64,000 nucleotides of DNA from Antedon mediterranea (lineage: Eukaryota; Animalia; Echinodermata): NCBI RefSeq assembly GCF_964355755.1, contig NC_092672.1, positions 29,952,437-30,016,436 on the forward strand. The letters run 5' to 3'. Position 1 is the stretch's first letter, and every line of letters starts with the position of its first letter. This document shows positions 61,201 through 64,000 of the stretch, piece by piece. A program made the position numbers and the translations under genes. The notes beneath the pieces were generated by a model. That model was not told the origin of the DNA. It searched no databases and saw only the letters and a list, made by a program, of their open reading frames with translations.

Positions 61201-64000
61201 CCCCAAGCCATTGAAAAACATATTTTAACCTTGATACAAGATAGTTTATCGAAGTAATTTTATATTTGTTAATTTTGAGCTTTTAATTATTGGAACTTTA
61301 ATGAAATTGTGAAGTAATTCGAAGTATAACATTAATTTGTGTGTTAATTTTGCTTTTAGGGCTACAATTGGACCGCAAGTATTGAGTTGTATGAACCTGA
61401 TAATTACTTTGGGTCTCTGACAGGCAACAAAACTACTGTAATCGATTTAGCACTTGCAAATGGCATGTTTACAGACCTCTCCATTGACGGAACTGGCTTT
61501 CAGTACATTATGGAGATCACACTGACAACCACAACTTCCAGCTCCTACATGTTAACAAAGCAACTGACTGCGTTTGATGTTGTCCCTGCCTCGATAGTTG
61601 TCCACACGGGAGAACCAATGGAAGTTACTTTAAGTTTCTTAGCGAATTACGCCTCATATGCATCCGGCAAGGAAGAAAATGTGAAAATCAACTTTCTTAA
61701 CAAATTTTCAAATATGTACACAAATGTCACATTTACCGTTGAGAGTATATATGAAGGTTAGATTATATCAATTTCTATAATTTCTAATAATTCGCAATAT
61801 TTTTTAATAATCATAAAACCAAAGACAATTAGTAAAATTAAAGTAATTTTTTACAATAGACCTTTTAAAACACACCTGACTGTATTTTTTCCAATTTGAT
61901 TGGTTAATTAAGCATTACATGTCATTCGGAATTTAGCCCTACCTAACAACAGAAAAGTGATATTTAATGGTAATAATTAACGTGCTCCGGACTAATGCAT
62001 GTTCAACTTTTTGTTAAAAAAAGAAGTACAATGTCTTTAATTTTTAATGTAGTGATCATGTTGCATTTCCCATCCCATGTTTTTTCTCAACCTTGAAAAA
62101 CCCTTTTTAGGTCATATTCATTTACATAATTATATTTAATTCTTATAGGTTCAATTAGAATTGACTTCACCATGGTTGGGGATGTGGATAACACTGTGGC
62201 TACTATGTACAATGATCTACAAGCTGGACGTATTACCTTGTTCATTGATGGCACCATTATTGAAGCTGACAAGTACTACATGAAAGTGAATGGAGAGTCG
62301 TATGGCCCATCCGATGTAAGTAGCCTACCCCCTTTTCATTCCTATTTTGGATTAAATTTCAATATTTTTTCTGGTGCGATTGTAGTTTTTTTTTCAATAA
62401 TTGAAAAAAGAAAAGTACATCACTTGCGGACACTACAACATCTAATTGTATTAATGTAATTTTATTTGTATTTAAACATTATACAAATAAAGTCAGGCTT
62501 TTAAAAAAGGGAAATTTTCTGCCTATGCAACAAATACAAAACAGTCAGTATTTGTTTTTATAACAAACTTACTCCGCTTTTATCTTTAATTAATGTTGAA
62601 AATCAGATGGGAAGCTAGATCATTTAAAAAATCAATGCTCAGATTTTGGTAGAAGACTAGCCTTATATGTCCACAATGATACAGAACCATTCTAATACAG
62701 TCATCTCTCCCAATACCTGACACCTATGGGCTAGCCGAATATGTCTGGTTTTCTTGATAGTCTGGTATTTGGAATGAGTTTTTAATGGTAAAAACACATT
62801 TTTGGACCTTTTGAGCCTCAAGAAAAGTCTTGTTTTGGGAGAGTTTACTGTATAACCATTAAAATAGAATATTAGAATCAAAATTATTATTATTTCCACA
62901 AATTAGCGAAGAAAAATCATCATAAGCTAGGCTTATTCTCCTCCAAACCCAAACTCAAAAAAGTTTTAAATTTATTCAAATATTTTAAATGTTTTTGTTG
63001 TTTGTCTATGTGTACATATGGTGTCCGAAATGATCGAGAATGGACTGTACTGTTGTTCCAAAATTGAAACAAAAAATGTTCTTTTTTATATTTTACATGG
63101 TTGTCCATCGGAACTGACCATTTTAATTTTTAGTTACCCTACATACATTTTTGGTTGCCCCTGGACTGAGGGCAACTGATTATATCGAGACGGGACTGTT
63201 GTGTTCCACAATTGATGCAAAACATTGTTGTAATATTTTTTTATATTTTATGTGGTTGTCCATTGGGACTAGCAATTAACATTTTAGATTTAGTCCTACA
63301 TACATTTTTGGATTCCCTGATGTTGAGGGCAACTATTTTTGCAAGCCCATCTAGTGTTTTCAATTAGTTGTATGTACCAATCTCATGATGCAAACTTTTA
63401 AATGTATTGTAAGCCAATACGAGGACTGCCTTTAATAACTCTTATATAAATCTACTTGAAAAACTTTTTTTTATAAGGATGAAGAGGATTCTGGGATACC
63501 TGTGTGGGCTATAGTTCTACTGGTATTAATTTTACTGATTTTGCTCATCGTCATGGTTTTCACCATTCACAAATTCTTCAGCAACAAACAAAGTAAGTTC
63601 AATTTAAGTTTAACTGATAAAAATATGATATCTTCATACATCTATACCGAAAACGCATAAAACACTTGCCTGTATTAGGGAAGAGTGAGTTACAAATAGA
63701 TGCCTGTATTCACCAAAATATACCACCGTTAACTTAGAAAAAACACCCCCCAAATGAAAAATGGGATAGTTACAAAATATATCAAATACGTATATAGTGT
63801 TAGTACTCGTATTTTATGAGCAAGATATATACTTCTTATATACAGTAAATCAAAATATACATCTTTGAATTGATGGGACAGTCCAAGTCTAAGATGGTTT
63901 TTTTTTAAACAAATTGATTAAAAATTTGTGTTTATTTCAGACAACAAACTGGCAGCAGTTGAAACGATGCATTTGACAGAGAAGGAAGAAGCACCAAGAA
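14360..64000 (+). CDS. PKHD1L1: Fibrocystin-L (PKHD1L1)-like type I membrane protein, 52 exons in window, 3' end runs off the window
   Basis: Exons: 14360-14399,15024-15128,16015-16156,19204-19291,26151-26208,27151-27256,28250-28303,28623-28690,29374-29487,29817-30063,30377-30602,31544-31795,32106-32453,33199-33323,34189-34361,35422-35715,36461-36618,37341-37463,38535-38643,39125-39334,40047-40112,40611-40747,41217-41364,41769-41949,42381-42619,43255-43440,43840-45513,45958-46107,46584-46755,47105-47258,47619-47775,48281-48490,48977-49144,49365-49565,49686-51341,51925-52170,52615-52860,52976-53221,53820-53990,54396-54629,54962-55488,55712-55889,56123-56288,57230-57465,58522-59373,59678-59894,60091-60235,60636-61013,61360-61756,62149-62315,63478-63592,63941->64000. 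All junction phases agree. Hallmarks: repeated SPxxGSxxGGTxxTIxGxGF (IPT), HAGQAFRLGRYPIHFH, DLINGPQDHGWC.GYTCQ.R.S.F, and a TM helix. Confidence 0.93.
15189..15636. mobile_element. PIF/Harbinger-type MITE family A, nested pair (inner copy 15382-15587)
   Basis: TIR AGC(T/G)TGGTTCCCACTAG; outer TSD TAA/TAA, inner TSD TTA/TTA. Confidence 0.85.
16988..17185. mobile_element. MITE family A copy
   Basis: AGCTTGGTTCCCACTAG...CTAGTGGCAACCAGGCT with TAA TSD; same internal ACGCAAC-rich body. Confidence 0.85.
17193..17340. repeat. (TTCG/TTCA)n microsatellite
   Basis: Direct reading. Confidence 0.9.
18720..18935. mobile_element. MITE family A copy
   Basis: Same TIRs and body; TAA on both sides. Confidence 0.85.
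18940..19114. mobile_element. MITE family C (second degraded copy about 19605-19788)
   Basis: AGCCAATTTACAC.GACGAGCGGTAACGGTA ... TACCGTTACCGCTCGTCTGTGTAAATTGGCT. Confidence 0.75.
20035..21736 (+). mobile_element. Non-autonomous Helitron-like element
   Basis: Starts TCTATATTATAA after an A, followed by a (GTCT/GTTT)n tract. Ends with hairpin ACCCGCCC-TG-GGGCGGGT (21708-21725) and CTAG before a T. No TSD. Internal direct repeats at 20092/20243, 20650/21120 and 21340/21450. Confidence 0.8.
22938..23148. mobile_element. MITE family A copy (further copies or relatives near 13600, 22490-22672, 24090-24285, 41016, 51376)
   Basis: AGCTTGGTTCTCACTA...CTAGTGGGAACCACGCT with TTA TSD. Confidence 0.8.
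24684..25731 (+). mobile_element. 5'-truncated non-LTR retrotransposon (L2/Crack/CR1-group LINE): RT C-terminus plus 3' UTR
   Basis: 261-aa ORF with KYVDD catalytic motif, KLLGLWIQANLKW and EYAVPVW...IESVQKRACRII thumb region. 3' end GTAATTCAGCTAAGGCTGCG...AATAAA(TGAAA)n. Lies in intron 4, sense orientation. Confidence 0.9.
26929..26985. repeat. Perfect palindrome, 28-bp arms with 1-nt spacer
   Basis: AAAAACAAGCCAAATTGAATAGGCTTAG-A-CTAAGCCTATTCAATTTGGCTTGTTTTT. Confidence 0.9.
27728..28050 (-). mobile_element. tRNA-derived SINE
   Basis: Minus strand: A box TGGCCGAGCGG, B box GGTTCGAGG, body, (CAAT)n tail; homologous to 56820-57025. Confidence 0.8.
30377..31795 (+). CDS. PKHD1L1: PKHD1L1-like exons 11-12: PA14 domain
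   Basis: YYTRYTGYFVAPYTGEFRLLVDSDDQSQLLFS...LVGGNRYYVKAIQREGGGGDHLRVG matches the PA14 pattern (G.F..P..G.Y.F...SDD...L..G..Y......E.GG.D). Confidence 0.85.
33503..33651. mobile_element. PIF/Harbinger-type MITE family B, representative of about 11 intronic copies (27277, 28092, 28500, 30629, 32839, 33503, 40339, 40779, 46218, 47453, 59927)
   Basis: TIR AGCTCTGTCTACACTATCAAA / TTTGATAGTGTAGACAGAGCT; TTA TSD clear at 33503 and 40339; internal CATATATGGACATGATGATGTCATATCACTACCATATTTGGG. Confidence 0.85.
34492..34865. mobile_element. TIR element, probably a TA-target MITE
   Basis: TAGAGTATCACGGTG ... CACCGTGATACTCTA, plus subterminal inverted AAAAATGCGTTCAGC / GCTGAACGCATTTTT. Confidence 0.7.
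36225..36370. repeat. GC-rich tandem repeat (57-bp unit built from ~19-bp subunits)
   Basis: AACCCGGCCATGCC.GCTCGACCTAGCTATATCCGCTCCACCTGGCTAGGTC x2 plus partial copies. Confidence 0.85.
37528..37845. mobile_element. TTAA-flanked MITE (Kolobok- or piggyBac-type) inserted into a degraded SINE (37484-37900)
   Basis: TTAA-AGATGTATTGTCC ... GGACAATACATCT-TTAA. The flanks rejoin into the SINE seen at 27728-28050. Confidence 0.7.
38058..38132 (-). pseudogene. tRNA-Thr(AGT)-like sequence inside an inverted-repeat-bounded element (37971-38196)
   Basis: A box TGGTCTAGAGG, anticodon arm CCAGG-CTAGTGA-TCTGG, T arm TGGG-TTCGAGC-CCA; acceptor stem does not pair. Confidence 0.55.
38423..38568 (+). repeat. 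72-bp tandem duplication spanning the exon 19 splice acceptor
   Basis: Two copies of TTAATTACAATT.CAGTTT.TATTA.AATTACTTTTTTAG|G.TGAGGTAACAGTTAATGGT.TTATCTCCAG. Confidence 0.9.
39830..39866 (+). ncRNA. Minimal type I hammerhead ribozyme motif (Penelope-type) in intron 20
   Basis: gca-CTGATGA-a-gggc-tagtgtt-gcct-GAAA-GCTC-tgc: intact core, helix I and II, loopless palindromic AGCT helix III, predicted cleavage after C39863. Activity untested. Confidence 0.65.
43840..45513 (+). CDS. PKHD1L1: PKHD1L1-like exon 27: large IPT/TIG repeat exon
   Basis: Covers the 548-aa ORF 43896-45542, with about five SPxxG...TITGxGF...V.IG...C.V.......I.C repeats; AG at 43838-43839, GTAAG at 45514. Confidence 0.93.
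47619..49565 (+). CDS. PKHD1L1: PKHD1L1-like exons 31-34: first G8 domain and following segment
   Basis: YVDVWSSRWTWGG..PP..GDFVIVPAGQTLLLD; IELHAENILIMDGGLLQVGTEQEPFQHKATIMMHG; YGAKTLAVRNGTLDLHG; AEVGVLTRN. Confidence 0.9.
47893..48228. repeat. Long inverted repeat (141-bp arms, 54-bp spacer, 4 mismatches) carrying a hammerhead variant in each arm; probable Penelope-like element terminus
   Basis: Arms 47893-48033 and 48088-48228 are direct reverse complements. Confidence 0.9.
47943..47984 (-). ncRNA. Minimal hammerhead ribozyme variant with A3:U8 core covariation
   Basis: Minus strand actt-ATGATTA-t-gcct-tgctgttagt-aggc-GAAA-CGTC-aagt. Confidence 0.55.
49686..51341 (+). CDS. PKHD1L1: PKHD1L1-like exon 35: parallel beta-helix (PbH1/TMEM2-homology) region
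   Basis: 601-aa ORF 49610-51415: GRFGEEIGSDQFG, HAGQAFRLGRYPIHFH, HHTFNRAVTIH, SLLNVDITPAAFWLTNPNNTIRHNAAAGGSHFGFWY. Confidence 0.95.
51925..57465 (+). CDS. PKHD1L1: PKHD1L1-like exons 36-44: second G8 domain and second beta-helix region
   Basis: LPADGEDVMIP; LYIYGALEL; IILHGNHFTQDLPLPSGPNMGSKVLGVFG.LDLHG; AAEVGLLSRNIKIIG; YARISNVEFYHTGQEG; NPADCVDMSCDA; GLGDYRIPKMAL. Confidence 0.9.
56636..57025 (-). mobile_element. tRNA-derived SINE, same head and body as 27728-28050 but a different L2-type 3' tail
   Basis: Near-identical over about 200 bp; tail ...GGCGCTTTACAAAT...(TTA)n. Confidence 0.8.
58522..59373 (+). CDS. PKHD1L1: PKHD1L1-like exon 45 with juxta-C-terminal furin-type site
   Basis: IESMDPDTEVRRLSP, DLINGPQDHGWCHGYTCQERIS, LVQNLANLLGISSDRIRVV, TRRRRRS. 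Confidence 0.93.
63478..63592 (+). CDS. PKHD1L1: PKHD1L1-like exon 51: transmembrane helix
   Basis: DEEDSGIPVWAIVLLVLILLILLIVMVFTIHKFFSNKQ; in phase with exon 50 and with exon 52 (63941 onward, cytoplasmic tail NNKLAAVETMHLTEKEEAPR). Confidence 0.85.

Overview
AT-rich animal genomic DNA with spliceosomal introns; the repeat types and gene content suggest a marine invertebrate, possibly an echinoderm (inference). It holds two kinds of gene. (1) At 1-6344 is a tandem pair of near-identical secreted lectin genes: copy B is complete (signal peptide, F-type lectin, LamG/ConA-like, PAN/apple-like domains) and copy A shows only its 3' end. (2) From 14360 to beyond 64000 is a fibrocystin-L (PKHD1L1)-like gene. 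I traced 52 exons by hand with consistent splice phases (about 4370 aa in the window): IPT/TIG repeats, PA14, two G8 plus beta-helix modules, two polybasic furin-type sites, a SEA-like module and a TM helix. Introns and intergenic DNA contain TTA/TAA-target MITEs (one nested in its own family), a non-autonomous Helitron, a 5'-truncated LINE, tRNA-derived SINEs and tandem repeats. Most notable are minimal hammerhead-ribozyme motifs of the Penelope type inside introns: a canonical sense-strand copy at 39830, and an A3:U8 covariant pair in a 141-bp-arm inverted repeat at 47893-48228 whose sense copy is G12A-mutated. Also notable are a GC-AG intron, a duplicated decoy splice acceptor and a sharp CpG shift with a promoter-like patch near 26.3-26.9 kb.
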